A DNA stretch of 64,000 bases from Gammaproteobacteria bacterium RIFCSPHIGHO2_12_FULL_35_23 (GCA_001801465.1 MGXT01000023.1:3809-67808); one strand, 5' to 3'; numbered from the stretch's first letter, positions 19,784 to 30,637 are shown. A program made the numbers and translations. The notes: generated by a model not told the origin, from the letters alone.

Positions 19784-21001
19784 ATGAACAACAAAGGATT
19801 ATTAGCAGTTGCCCCCTTATTCTTAGTACTGGCTATCGATAGCATGGGACTTGGGATTATATTTCCTATCTTAAGCAGCATGATTATTGATCCACGCTCA
19901 GTTTTTTTAGCGGCGTCAACCTCTACTTTTCAACGTGAATTTTTATATGGCCTTATTATCGGAATTTATATGATCGCCTGGTTTTTTGGCGCGGCTATTT
20001 TGGGAGATTTATCAGATATAATTGGCCGAAAAAAATCCTTATTGATTTGCCTTTTAGGCGCTTGTATAGGGTATTTTATTTCTGGTATTGCTTTTTATCT
20101 CCATAGTGTAAGCATTCTATTACTTGGCCGCATTATTGCTGGTTTCACTGCAGGCAGCCAGCCCATTGCTCAAGCAGCTATTATTGATGTTAGCACTGAA
20201 GAAAATAAAGCACGTAATATTGGTTATATTTTATTAGCGGTTTCTCTTGGCTTTGTGTTAGGCCCACTTGCCGGTGGAATTTTATCAACTAACAGTTTTG
20301 CCAGCTGGTTTAATTATGCAACGCCTATGTTTTTTGCAGCTTTATTTTCTTTATTTAATGCTGTCTTATTATTGTTATTCTTTTCAGAAACATTTGTAAT
20401 TACTAGAATGATTCAAGTTCGTTTACATTACGCCATTCAAATATTTATTGAAGCTTTTCAGCACAAGGGTATTCGCTGGCTTTCCTTGGTATTACTTATT
20501 TTTATTTCTGGTTGGGGAGAATACTTTGGTTTTATTTCACAGTTTCTTTTACGTCGCTATCAATATTCTTCGCTAGAGATTTCTTTATTTATGGTGGCTC
20601 TTGGCATTGGCTTTAGCATAGGTTTTGCATTTTTAGTAGACTTTTGTGCAAGTCGATTCAATTTAAAACGCTGTATCTGTTTTAACTTACTGATTGCTGC
20701 TTTGGTTTGTTTGATTACACTCATTAGTCATACACCAATTATCGCTTGGATAGGCAGTATCATCATTGGCTTGGCTATTTCAATCGCCTATTCCATACTC
20801 ATCACGATGTTTTCCAATCAAGTCACTAATTCAGAACAAGGTTGGGTAATGGGTGTTACCAATGCAATTATGGCCTTATCTTTCGGAATTACTACTTTCT
20901 TTAGTGGTTTTGCAGCTGATATCACTCCAGGTATGCCCATATTTTTAGCCTTTATTGGCATACTTATTTCTACAATTTTGATGTATTTTGCCAAAGTTTA
21001 A
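19784..21001 (+). CDS. MFS transporter (12 TM, drug/H+ antiporter-like)
   Basis: MFS motif A GDLSDIIGRKKSLLI and 12 hydrophobic segments. Confidence 0.8.
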   Translation: MNNKGLLAVAPLFLVLAIDSMGLGIIFPILSSMIIDPRSVFLAASTSTFQREFLYGLIIGIYMIAWFFGAAILGDLSDIIGRKKSLLICLLGACIGYFISGIAFYLHSVSILLLGRIIAGFTAGSQPIAQAAIIDVSTEENKARNIGYILLAVSLGFVLGPLAGGILSTNSFASWFNYATPMFFAALFSLFNAVLLLLFFSETFVITRMIQVRLHYAIQIFIEAFQHKGIRWLSLVLLIFISGWGEYFGFISQFLLRRYQYSSLEISLFMVALGIGFSIGFAFLVDFCASRFNLKRCICFNLLIAALVCLITLISHTPIIAWIGSIIIGLAISIAYSILITMFSNQVTNSEQGWVMGVTNAIMALSFGITTFFSGFAADITPGMPIFLAFIGILISTILMYFAKV

Positions 21002-21020
21002 TTTTCTTTTATAGTGATAA

Positions 21021-22961
21021 TTAGCTATTAAAAATATCTTTTAAACTAGCGGTTTCAGCCAAACAATTTTGCATTGAGCAACATAGAAATTTTTTAAATT
21101 TACTATTGTTTTGAAAAATAACTAATGGTTTAGCACTACGAAAAATTGTATTTAAGATTTGCCAGCCATTTTCTGTAAAATTGCCTTTAATAGCTAACCC
21201 TTTGTTTTGCCAAGTAACAGCTAAGCATAAACTGCTTATGTGATAATTATTTGCAGAATGGAGCAATGGCTCTACTGTACTTAATAATTTATTGAGTCTA
21301 ACAATATAATGTTGATCTCCTATTATTAAAGCTAACTGTGCTAAATTAATAGCCATTAAACCATTACCAGAAGGAGTAGCTCCATCTATAATAGGCTGTA
21401 AATTAGCAATTAAATCTGGGCTTTCTTTTGAAGTTTGAAAGTATAAATTATTTTGACTGTCAGAAAAATGCTTGTCAGCTTCTTCCAGCCATTCGCTGGC
21501 TTCTTTTAAAAAACTGTCTTTACCAGTAATACTATATAAAGTAATTGCAGCCTGAATAATAGCTGCATAATCTTCCAACATAATGACTGATTGATATTGT
21601 TTATCACGGTAGCAATGGCACCATTGACCATTAACTCGTAATAGATTTTTTAAAGATTGATAAAGATTTTGAGCTAGCTCAAACCATTCAGGTTGATTAA
21701 ATACAATGCTAGCTTTTGCTAACGCGCTCACTAATAAGGCATTCCAATCTAATAATATTTTATCATCCCGATTAGGACGAATTCTCTGTTGACGAGCTAA
21801 GTATAATTTAGCATTTAATTTATCTATTAACTCCTCTGGTAATTGCACTGAATTTCTATGATTCAAATGCAAAATATTTTTATTTTCCCAGTTCCCCTCT
21901 GGCGTACAACCATAATAAACCAAAAACTGCTCCGCGCTTTCTCCTAATATTTCTTGAATTTCATCCCAAGTCCACACATAGTACTTACCCTCTTCTCCTT
22001 CACTATCTGCATCAAGTGAGGCAGCAAACACTCCTTCCTCTAAATACATTTCGGCAAGTAGCCACTGAATAGTTTGTTTAATTCTTTTTAAAAACATAGG
22101 ATTAGGTCTCTGCTGATAAAGCAGAGTGAGCCAATCAATTATTAAAGCATTATCGTAAAGCATTTTTTCAAAATGCGGTGCCAACCAAGTAGTATCTGTG
22201 CTATATCGCATCCAACCACCGGCTAAATGATCATAAATGCCTCCTAAACACAGTTTTTCAGCTGTCAGATAGCAAGCAGAAATAAGCTGCTGTTGATTAG
22301 AATACATTGCTTGTACAAAAATCCACTGCCAAAGAGCTATTTGAGGAAATTTAGGCGTGCCTTGTAGCCCACCCTCATCGAAATCTATCGCTTGTAAAAT
22401 GTCTTGTTGTGAAATAAGCAAATCCTGCCATTTAATTATTTTATCTTGAATACTGGAAAGCTTGATTTTTAATTGAGTAATAATACTTTCTACTACTTTA
22501 GTCACTGCTTCTTGCTGATTTTCCCAAATATGAATAATTTGCCTTAAAAGTTGTAAAAAGCTAACTTGACCGTAACGTGGTTGATTAGGGAAGTAAGTAC
22601 CGCCAAAAAACGGTTTACCTTCTGGAGTAAGAAATATATTTAATGGCCAGCCACCTTGACCCGTCATACTAACTAGAGCCCGCATATAAATGTTATCTAT
22701 ATCTGGACGCTCTTCTCGATCTACTTTGATGCAAACAAAATGTTGATTTAAAAAAGCTGCTATCTCTTGATCCTCAAAACTTTCATGAGCCATCACATGG
22801 CACCAGTGGCAAGCGGCATAACCTATTGATAAAAAAATGGGTATTTTTCTTTTTTTAGCAGTAATAAAAGCTTCATCACACCAAGGATACCAATCAACTG
22901 GATTTTCTTTATGCTGTAGTAGATAAGGGCTTAATGCATTGGCTAATTTATTCATATCCAA
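21021..22961 (-). CDS. thioredoxin-domain protein of the DUF255/YyaL family (N-terminal Trx-like plus six-hairpin glycosidase-like domain)
   Basis: 646 aa. N-terminus NPVDWYPWCDEAFITAKKRKIPIFLSIGYAACHWCHVMAHESF is diagnostic of DUF255. Confidence 0.8.
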   Translation of the reverse strand: MDMNKLANALSPYLLQHKENPVDWYPWCDEAFITAKKRKIPIFLSIGYAACHWCHVMAHESFEDQEIAAFLNQHFVCIKVDREERPDIDNIYMRALVSMTGQGGWPLNIFLTPEGKPFFGGTYFPNQPRYGQVSFLQLLRQIIHIWENQQEAVTKVVESIITQLKIKLSSIQDKIIKWQDLLISQQDILQAIDFDEGGLQGTPKFPQIALWQWIFVQAMYSNQQQLISACYLTAEKLCLGGIYDHLAGGWMRYSTDTTWLAPHFEKMLYDNALIIDWLTLLYQQRPNPMFLKRIKQTIQWLLAEMYLEEGVFAASLDADSEGEEGKYYVWTWDEIQEILGESAEQFLVYYGCTPEGNWENKNILHLNHRNSVQLPEELIDKLNAKLYLARQQRIRPNRDDKILLDWNALLVSALAKASIVFNQPEWFELAQNLYQSLKNLLRVNGQWCHCYRDKQYQSVIMLEDYAAIIQAAITLYSITGKDSFLKEASEWLEEADKHFSDSQNNLYFQTSKESPDLIANLQPIIDGATPSGNGLMAINLAQLALIIGDQHYIVRLNKLLSTVEPLLHSANNYHISSLCLAVTWQNKGLAIKGNFTENGWQILNTIFRSAKPLVIFQNNSKFKKFLCCSMQNCLAETASLKDIFNS

Positions 22962-23117
22962 TTCCTTCTTATAAATTAGTATATCATTTTAAGTGCGTCT
23001 TTTGCTATTGGTCACAATAATTATAAAGCTTAAAGTATTTTGCAAATTTTTATCTCGATCTTAATAAAGTAAATTGTTATCATAATCCAAAATTTAATAA
23101 TAAATGGTAGCAAGTGT

Positions 23118-23369
23118 ATGTTTTTTGATCGCCCCCCTTATATACTTCCAAAAAAGAATTATAGTGACTGTCCAACTACACAAGAAAGTTCTAACCCTTG
23201 CTCAAACCCTAATTCTATTGTTGAATTAGTTTATGTAGGAATTATTGGATTAGGATTAATTTCCTGTTTAATCTACTGCTGTATTAATAAATATCGTAAA
23301 CCTTCTACTCTAGCAACTGCACGTAGTGAAAGTTCAGAACCAACTACTCAACCCTATCATTCGTTGTAA
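23118..23369 (+). CDS. small single-TM hypothetical protein
   Basis: 83 aa with one hydrophobic helix VELVYVGIIGLGLISCLIYCCI. Weak coding support. Confidence 0.3.
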   Translation: MFFDRPPYILPKKNYSDCPTTQESSNPCSNPNSIVELVYVGIIGLGLISCLIYCCINKYRKPSTLATARSESSEPTTQPYHSL

Positions 23370-23392
23370 TAAACAAATTATTAAATTTATTA

Positions 23393-24337
23393 TTATTTTC
23401 TGGATAATGATGAAACAAAAGTAGGCAGTTGAGATAGACTTACTCCAATTGGACAGGGCTGATAAACTGTCATTAAAAAGTTATCTCTTTTTTCTCGTTT
23501 AATGAATGGAACTTTTACCTCATAGTAATGATCCTGCTCATCAAGCCCTAGGCAAGCAACATAGCCATAGTATCTATCCACCAATGAAATTGTACTATGA
23601 GTAACTTTTCTTGGATAAATTTTATATAAATGATCAGAAACAACTTCATAAATACCTGGTAATGCTATAGCAGATTCTTGGAAAGCAACTCCTTCTTCAT
23701 GATCTTTGCAAATGTCAGCTTTTATTTGCCAACGAACAGTGCCTTGCTTAATTACAAATGATCTAGGCAGTTGCCAATGGGTTGGTTTTAATACCCCCAC
23801 ACAAGGATCTCCCTCCATTTCAATCGCTATAGCAGGAGGTACTGAAGATCTTATAAAAAAAGGAAGTCGATGGTTAAGTTTAGTATAGAGTTGTACTTCC
23901 AGATTACCCCCTTGACACAAAATTGCCACATTGACAAATTCGTTTTCATTTACCAACACTAACCAAGTGCCAAAATGACAAGTTAGCCATTCAGGTAATT
24001 TTTTTAAAAGACTTTTTAAAGGATTAACAACCTCGCCTTCAAAAAGCTTTTTAGATAAAAGCGGAAAAGAATGCTCAGGGGTTGCTAAGTGTACTCGTAA
24101 GGTATCATCGTGTTTATCTGCTTTCTCTAAGCAAGCTGCCTCCATTAAAAACTGTAAATCTTCTAAAGAGTTTCTTGCTTGCATAACCATTTTGTCTGCA
24201 CGTAGTGGAAAACGAAATTGTAATTCGACTTGACGACAAGCATGTATAAATTGTACAGCGGGTAATGGCGGGTTTAAACAAGAAATTATTTTCCCACGTG
24301 GTACACTGGATCGAAAAAAATTAATGAAATTAACCAT
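23393..24337 (-). CDS. hypothetical protein (no recognisable domain)
   Basis: 314-aa ORF with unbiased composition and no known motif. Confidence 0.5.
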   Translation of the reverse strand: MVNFINFFRSSVPRGKIISCLNPPLPAVQFIHACRQVELQFRFPLRADKMVMQARNSLEDLQFLMEAACLEKADKHDDTLRVHLATPEHSFPLLSKKLFEGEVVNPLKSLLKKLPEWLTCHFGTWLVLVNENEFVNVAILCQGGNLEVQLYTKLNHRLPFFIRSSVPPAIAIEMEGDPCVGVLKPTHWQLPRSFVIKQGTVRWQIKADICKDHEEGVAFQESAIALPGIYEVVSDHLYKIYPRKVTHSTISLVDRYYGYVACLGLDEQDHYYEVKVPFIKREKRDNFLMTVYQPCPIGVSLSQLPTFVSSLSRK

Positions 24338-24465
24338 ATAGAATGTTTTTATTATTGTAAATTTGAATAAATTATAGCCATTATACCAAATTACAGTAAT
24401 TACTCAACTTGTATTAATCACTCCAAAGACTACACTTAAAATGGTTAAATAAGGAATAAATCGAT

Positions 24466-25962
24466 ATGGAAAATAAATTACTTCCCGCTCTAATTGTCGG
24501 TGCTGGACCAGTCGGTTTATCTACGGCCTGTGAATTAAAACAACACGGCATTGATTGCCGAATTATTGATAAAAAACCAGAGGCTACTCAAACTTCTAAT
24601 GCCCTGGGTGTTCATGCTAGATCGTTAGAAATGTGGGCTGGAATGGGTATTGTTGAGCAAGCATTGCAACAAGGTTTAAAACTGCAAGGGATAACTATCT
24701 ATGATCAAGCTATTCAACCTCTAATCACTTTATCGCTGGAAAAATTATTACCTTCAGCTTTCCCCTATGTACTAAGCCTACCACAAAGCAAAACAGAACA
24801 ATTATTAACTCAACATTTAGCAAGTTATGGATTAACAGTTGAAAGGTCATGCTCATTAACCTCTTTAGAACAATCAAAAGATTATATAATAGCAAAAATT
24901 AAGCACACAGAAGGCTCTATTGAAACAATTAACACACAATGGCTACTAGGGTGTGATGGTTATCATAGTAGTGTTCGCGATAGCTTAAATATCCAATATG
25001 AAGGTAATGACTTAAAACAAGAATTTATTATGATTGATGCACCACTGACTTGGCAAAAAGAGTCTAATAAAATTTTAATTTTTTATCATCCAAGTGGAAT
25101 TACTGCTGTTTTCCCAATGGTAGATTCAAGCAGAATTATCATCGAAGTTTCAAATGACAAGTCTTTTAATGCAAATATTTCCCTCACTTATACAACCTTT
25201 TTATCTATTTTGCAAAATAGATGGCCATTTGAGTTTAGCTTAGGAAAAGAGCGTTGGATGAGTCATTTTTTTATTCATGAACGCTTAGCAAATCATTATC
25301 GATTTGATCGAATTTTTTTGCTTGGTGATGCAGCTCATGTTCATTCACCAGCTGGTGGTCAGGGTATGAATACGGGCATGCAGGATGCTTATAACTTAAC
25401 CTGGAAACTCGCATTAGTAATTAAAGAGCAAGTTAACCCTAGTTTATTAAATACCTATGAAGAAGAGCGAAGGCCTATTGCTAAAAAAGTTTTAAATTCC
25501 TCAAATCAAATGACCAAAATTGCAGTGCTTAGAACCAAGATAGCCGTTGTATTACGCAATTTTCTTGCAAAAAATGTTTTTAGCAATAAAAAATTACAAC
25601 AAAAATTTGCTCTGCAAATAAGCGGCATTGCCAACAATTATCGACACTCATTTCTCAGCAAAGATTATGTTAAAAATTCTTGCTTAAAAGCTGGTGATCG
25701 TGCTCCTACGATAATTAAAAATAAAAAATTTACACTTCTGATAGCTGAAGATTGCTTAGATAAAGAAAAAATTATACGCCTAATTGAAATAAATTATATA
25801 CAGCTAGTTGGCTGGCAAATATTGTCAATTAATAATGAACAATATACACTGTATCAATTGAATAAAAGTTACTGCTTGATACGACCAGATCAATATCTGG
25901 CATCACAAGGCAGTACCTATGAGCATTTAAAAGACTACTTAGTCAGGTTTTTAATTCAATAA
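24466..25962 (+). CDS. FAD-dependent aromatic-ring monooxygenase (PHBH/PheA/TfdB family)
   Basis: GxGxxG LIVGAGPVGLSTACEL, GD motif and the fingerprint GDAAHVHSPAGGQGMNTGMQDAYNLTWKL. RBS AAGGA upstream. Confidence 0.85.
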   Translation: MENKLLPALIVGAGPVGLSTACELKQHGIDCRIIDKKPEATQTSNALGVHARSLEMWAGMGIVEQALQQGLKLQGITIYDQAIQPLITLSLEKLLPSAFPYVLSLPQSKTEQLLTQHLASYGLTVERSCSLTSLEQSKDYIIAKIKHTEGSIETINTQWLLGCDGYHSSVRDSLNIQYEGNDLKQEFIMIDAPLTWQKESNKILIFYHPSGITAVFPMVDSSRIIIEVSNDKSFNANISLTYTTFLSILQNRWPFEFSLGKERWMSHFFIHERLANHYRFDRIFLLGDAAHVHSPAGGQGMNTGMQDAYNLTWKLALVIKEQVNPSLLNTYEEERRPIAKKVLNSSNQMTKIAVLRTKIAVVLRNFLAKNVFSNKKLQQKFALQISGIANNYRHSFLSKDYVKNSCLKAGDRAPTIIKNKKFTLLIAEDCLDKEKIIRLIEINYIQLVGWQILSINNEQYTLYQLNKSYCLIRPDQYLASQGSTYEHLKDYLVRFLIQ

Positions 25963-25969
25963 GGTTTTT

Positions 25970-26329
25970 ATGCAAAAAGTTAATCTGCAAGAAAAACTAA
26001 ACTTATTTAATGAATATTGGGCGCCAAAAATTGTAGGTAATATTAATGGGTCACAAGTTAAATTAGCAAAACTAAAGGGTGAGTTTGTTTGGCACAAACA
26101 TGATAATGAAGACGAGATGTTTTTTATTATTAAAGGCAAACTATTAATTAAATTTAAAGATCACAATCTTTCTTTACAAGAAGGTGAGTTTCTTATTATT
26201 CCTAAAGGTGTTGAACATATGCCGGTTGCAGAAGAAGAGGTTCATGTAATGCTTATTGAGCCTAAGACAACACTACATACTGGTGATATTAAATGTGATC
26301 TCACCAAAAACAATCAAGAAAGAATTTAA
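25970..26329 (+). CDS. cupin-domain protein
   Basis: 119 aa with a two-His cupin core (VWHKHDNEDEMFFIIKG ... PKGVEHMP). Starts 8 bp after the monooxygenase stop, so probably co-transcribed. Confidence 0.6.
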   Translation: MQKVNLQEKLNLFNEYWAPKIVGNINGSQVKLAKLKGEFVWHKHDNEDEMFFIIKGKLLIKFKDHNLSLQEGEFLIIPKGVEHMPVAEEEVHVMLIEPKTTLHTGDIKCDLTKNNQERI

Positions 26330-26333
26330 TTCG

Positions 26334-27233
26334 TTATTGCAAAGATTTAATAAAGTTTTTAATTAGTCTTTCTGCTTTACTAGGATCCGATTCATAACAG
26401 GCTGGTTTAGCGCCTGTAAAAATTTCATATTGAATTTTATTTTGAGGAAATGAAGCAATTAGTTCTTGTGCTGTCTTTAAAGAGTGCATTGGACCTTGAT
26501 CACCACTTAAAAAAAACACAGGGCATTTTGTATATTTCAATTTATCTCTAAAATCAAATTCCAATAGCTCACCAGTTAAAAAATGCTCTCCTAGTTTAAA
26601 ATTTGAAAATTTAGGATCGCACAACGAAAAATCATCAAGCACTTTAACAGGATTACCAAATAAAGTTAATACAGTGTAAAAATATTTTTCCAATACTTCG
26701 TTGTTTAAAGGGCCATCAAGAAACTGGTTTGTAATAACAAGACCTTCTTCAATTGATTTACCTCTTTCCTTAAGCTTTTTTTCTACTAAATTCAACATGT
26801 ATTGTCTGTCAATATGAGCATCCGTATCACTTAAAATAAGTGCCAAAGGGTGGTCTGGAAATTGAATATTATAAGACATGGCCACCATCCCTCCATAAGA
26901 AATACCACCAACAATAGGATTTTCAATGTGTAATGCTTGACAAAAATTATAAATATCTTGTCCCCATTGCTCAAGCGTCCAAGTCTTTGAGTCCTTGCAT
27001 TGACTACGACCACTACCTCGTTGATCAATAAATATTACTTCTGCAATATCTGAAAACCGAGACCAAAAATTAACATAAGGTGAGTGATCAAAAAAACCAG
27101 CACCACCATGTAAAAAAATAAATGTTGGTTTTTCTTTTTTAGTAGGATTAGCTAAGTCTAATTTAGAGCCATAAACTTCAAAAAATAATTTAATATCACC
27201 AATATTTATATACATTGCTTTCTCCGATATCAA
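26334..27233 (-). CDS. alpha/beta hydrolase (proline iminopeptidase-like)
   Basis: HGGAGF oxyanion region and nucleophile elbow GGISYGG. Confidence 0.75.
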   Translation of the reverse strand: MISEKAMYINIGDIKLFFEVYGSKLDLANPTKKEKPTFIFLHGGAGFFDHSPYVNFWSRFSDIAEVIFIDQRGSGRSQCKDSKTWTLEQWGQDIYNFCQALHIENPIVGGISYGGMVAMSYNIQFPDHPLALILSDTDAHIDRQYMLNLVEKKLKERGKSIEEGLVITNQFLDGPLNNEVLEKYFYTVLTLFGNPVKVLDDFSLCDPKFSNFKLGEHFLTGELLEFDFRDKLKYTKCPVFFLSGDQGPMHSLKTAQELIASFPQNKIQYEIFTGAKPACYESDPSKAERLIKNFIKSLQ

Positions 27234-27280
27234 TATTTTTACTATTAGCTAATTTTTCACTATTAAAGTAATCAAGTAAA

Positions 27281-28804
27281 TTATATTTTAGGAACTCTTG
27301 TCTCATTAGCACTACTACGGCTTATTACTACATTGCTCCTACGTTCAGCTTTATCTGCCTTACTTGCAAAAAACCCTGTTAATTGACTTTCATAGATTGA
27401 ACAAACGGCTTCTGTTTCTAAAATAGCTTCTTCTTCAGAGGATTTACTTGCCATAATTACGATATCTTCTGATTTTACAGCGCTAATAGTAAAGTCTACT
27501 TTTACGACTGGCACTTGTAGAGTAGCTCGATTAGGCTTAATCTCAACATAAATCACTAATCTATTTAAAACTGATAAAGCATCTTCATGAATCCCTAAAC
27601 AGTTTGGCTCAGCTTCTTTACTAACAAAAGCCGCATATTGTCCATCTTGTCTTTGTAAACTTCGCAATAATGAAAGCGCTCCAGCTCTTAAGTAAATAAC
27701 GCATAGATATTCATGACTTACATGCGCTCCTGGTGCAGCATTTTCCAAAAAAAACCATTTTTCACGTTCTGTAGAGCTTGGCCCTTGTCTAAGGGCCTTA
27801 CAGTCTTTAATATTTCTCTTTTCGTCTTCTGAAACAAACCGATATAATAAATCAAACCTTTCCCCTTTAGCTCTTGGTATTTCAGCAAAAGCCTCAAGTA
27901 ACTTAATATCTTCTTTTCTCAATTTAATTCTAGGAAGCTCTTTTTCCCAATAGGCTAGATTAATTTCTAAGCTGGAAAAAAGTATACCTGTCTTAATACT
28001 ACCTTCTTCTGTAAAATATCGCTCCAACATAACTTGAAAATATTTTCGTTGATCAGCTCGCATTAGTTCGATTAACTCTAGCTCTAACTTATTTTGGTCA
28101 GTAATACCTGATAGTGTTTGCTTAAATCGATAAAAACGTGCCTTTCGATAACTCTCAGCCAACTCAAATAAACTTTTAATTAATTCTTTTAAATATGTAC
28201 TTATTAATTTTAAAGTTATACTAATATTTTCTTGAAGCAGCTCAACTTGTCTTTGACTTTCTGTTCCTTCTGAAAAGTGTAAATATTTATTTTGATAAAA
28301 GGTTAAATAAGTTAAATACGCATGAGCATGCTGAATAGTCACTTTTCTTAGCCTACCATCTTCAAAAAGAGGTGAGCAAAAATCGACAAAATTTACTATT
28401 CCTTCTTGTGGTATGGCAGCTTGAATTAATTTTTTTCCTTGCCTTGTCAAATATTGATTGCCAAAATCAAGAATTGTTTTGACAAATCTATCGATTAATA
28501 AGTGAAAATTTTCTGTCAATTCTTTGTCAACTTGTTTAATTACTTCATCAATTTCATATTTAACCATAAGCTTTTCTGCCATTAAAGCCCAATATTGCTC
28601 ATGGTCATAGGTTGAAAAAGCTTTGATTAGTTTATCTTGTAATTCTCCCAACAAAACCTTTTCAGATTTATCTGCTTGAGTTATTATAGCCTGCATAGTA
28701 GCAAGAAATACAGGTGACCGAAAAAATTCTTTAAATAATTCGTTTAAATCTGACTTGGTTTCAGTTGGAAACTTCATAAAATCAGCAAATTCATCGATTG
28801 GCAT
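27281..28804 (-). CDS. hypothetical protein, largely alpha-helical, no recognisable domain; candidate secreted effector
   Basis: 507 aa. Glu/Ser-rich segment near the C-terminus (SKSSEEEAILETEAV). Co-directional with rlmI upstream (16 bp gap) and the alpha/beta hydrolase downstream (47 bp gap). Confidence 0.5.
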   Translation of the reverse strand: MPIDEFADFMKFPTETKSDLNELFKEFFRSPVFLATMQAIITQADKSEKVLLGELQDKLIKAFSTYDHEQYWALMAEKLMVKYEIDEVIKQVDKELTENFHLLIDRFVKTILDFGNQYLTRQGKKLIQAAIPQEGIVNFVDFCSPLFEDGRLRKVTIQHAHAYLTYLTFYQNKYLHFSEGTESQRQVELLQENISITLKLISTYLKELIKSLFELAESYRKARFYRFKQTLSGITDQNKLELELIELMRADQRKYFQVMLERYFTEEGSIKTGILFSSLEINLAYWEKELPRIKLRKEDIKLLEAFAEIPRAKGERFDLLYRFVSEDEKRNIKDCKALRQGPSSTEREKWFFLENAAPGAHVSHEYLCVIYLRAGALSLLRSLQRQDGQYAAFVSKEAEPNCLGIHEDALSVLNRLVIYVEIKPNRATLQVPVVKVDFTISAVKSEDIVIMASKSSEEEAILETEAVCSIYESQLTGFFASKADKAERRSNVVISRSSANETRVPKI

Positions 28805-28820
28805 AGTTTTTCCTTAGCTA

Positions 28821-29996
28821 TTAATCAAGGGTTATTAAAAATCCTTTTAAATATTCAGTTTCTAAAATTGTAGGATGGATAGGATGATCATAATCTTGAT
28901 GGCAATATTTTAATATTTTTATGTTTTTCTTTTGCCGTAACGCAGCTTTTCTAATTATAGAACGTAAATCTTCTCCGCTAAGGTGCATCGAGCAAGATGC
29001 ACTGAATAACAGACCTTCTGGATTTAAAACCTGTAAAGCAAGTTCGTTTAATTTTTGATAAGCTTGTAATCCGGCATTAAAATCTTTTTTCTTTTTAATC
29101 AATGCTGGTGGATCTAAAATTATCACATCAAATTTTTCCTTATCATTGATAAAATTCTGCAAGGCAACAAAAGCATCTTCTTTAATACCCTCCACCTGAT
29201 GAAGGGAATTATTTTTAGCATTAGCTAGTAATTGTTCCACAGCAGCCGCTGAAGCATCAATCGCAATCACATGCTTTGCTCCTTGCTTTGCACAAGGCAA
29301 TGTAAAAGCGCCAAGATAAGAAAATACATCTAATACCACCTTATTTTTGGAAAGTTGGCTAATCATTCGCCTATTAGCTCGGTGATCATAAAACCATGCT
29401 GTTTTTTGCCCTGTCATTAAAGGCGCTAAAAAATTACATTCATTTTCAAGAATTCTACAATGATCAAGCTCCTCACCATAAATAATTTTCCTATACTGCT
29501 CTAACCCTTCCAACTTTCTTTGACTGCTATCATTACAAAGCATTATTGTTTTAACTGGCATTAGTTTTATTAACGCATCAATAACAAAATTAATTCTTTG
29601 ATCTACTCCAGCTGTATTAGCTTGCAATACCCAAACATCATCATAACGATCAATCACTAATCCAGGTAATCCATCACTTTCTCCGTATACAGCTCGGTAA
29701 AAAGGCAGGGGAAATAAGCGTTCACGTAATGCAATAGCTTTTTGTATTCTTTCCTTAAAAAAAGCTTCATCTATTTGAACATCTTCTTTCGATAACAGTC
29801 TTACACAAAGTAAACAATTAGGATTGATATAACCCACTCCCAACATTCTTCCTGAGGCAGCAATTATTTTAACTAACTCTCCCGCTTGAAATTGTTTTAA
29901 AGGTGAACGTTTAGCATCTATTTCATTACTATAAATCCATAAATGTCCCGCTAGTAAACGTCGCTCCTGGTCTTTATTTAAAAATAGAGTTTGCAT
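28821..29996 (-). CDS. rlmI: 23S rRNA m5C1962 methyltransferase RlmI (PUA + class I SAM MTase)
   Basis: 391 aa. SAM-binding VLDVFSYLGAFTL and DPPALIKKKK..AYQKLNELALQVLNPEGLLF. The N-terminal PUA-like region is collinear with E. coli RlmI. Confidence 0.8.
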   Translation of the reverse strand: MQTLFLNKDQERRLLAGHLWIYSNEIDAKRSPLKQFQAGELVKIIAASGRMLGVGYINPNCLLCVRLLSKEDVQIDEAFFKERIQKAIALRERLFPLPFYRAVYGESDGLPGLVIDRYDDVWVLQANTAGVDQRINFVIDALIKLMPVKTIMLCNDSSQRKLEGLEQYRKIIYGEELDHCRILENECNFLAPLMTGQKTAWFYDHRANRRMISQLSKNKVVLDVFSYLGAFTLPCAKQGAKHVIAIDASAAAVEQLLANAKNNSLHQVEGIKEDAFVALQNFINDKEKFDVIILDPPALIKKKKDFNAGLQAYQKLNELALQVLNPEGLLFSASCSMHLSGEDLRSIIRKAALRQKKNIKILKYCHQDYDHPIHPTILETEYLKGFLITLD

Positions 29997-30246
29997 AAAT
30001 TTTTTATCGAATTTTAAGTTTGTTAAGTGTAACTAATTTTTGCTATTAAATTAAACACTTATTAAAAAATAAAATTCATAGTGTTTTCAATAACTTACAC
30101 TTTTCACTACCTGCTAATTAAATTTACAATTTATCTAGCATCAACCGCTAGTCCATGTATAATGATTTCCAAGTTGCCTATATCTTTGTTAATTTTATGA
30201 TCAATTTATAGCGACTGACATTTTGTTTTTTTACGAGGAAATTTTC

Positions 30247-30501
30247 ATGAATCAAAATAAAATTTATGTAGCGAACCTACCTTATAATACTACTGAAGAA
30301 CAGCTACGCGAATTTTTTAATCAATTTGGTAATATCACTGAATTAAAAATTGTTACTGACCGCGCTACAGGAAGATCAAAAGGTTTTGCTTTCATTACCT
30401 TTAATTCTACCTCTGAGGCTAATGCGGCTTTATCAGCTGACGGTTCAGTTTATAACGAAAGAACATTAAAAGTTAATATTGCTAGAGATAAAAGTCGTTA
30501 A
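30247..30501 (+). CDS. RRM-type RNA-binding protein
   Basis: RNP2 IYVANL and RNP1 KGFAFITF. Start moved to ATG 30247 (MNQNKIYV). Confidence 0.75.
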   Translation: MNQNKIYVANLPYNTTEEQLREFFNQFGNITELKIVTDRATGRSKGFAFITFNSTSEANAALSADGSVYNERTLKVNIARDKSR

Positions 30502-30637
30502 ACTTCATGCCCATTAAGATATATATCCCACTCTCTCCTAAAGGATTTTAGAGCGTTAATTTTTGACGAAAACCAAGGATGGTTTATATACTTTAAAGGT
30601 AAATGCTAAATAATTATATTAATTTAAAAGGTCCACT

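Noticed and set aside
23706-23888. 60-aa ORF antisense to the 314-aa hypothetical gene
   Set aside because: It is shorter and embedded; the long ORF is the better model.
25951-27028. ORFs 25951-26139 (antisense to the cupin gene) and 26831-27028 (alternative frame within the hydrolase)
   Set aside because: They are embedded in supported genes.
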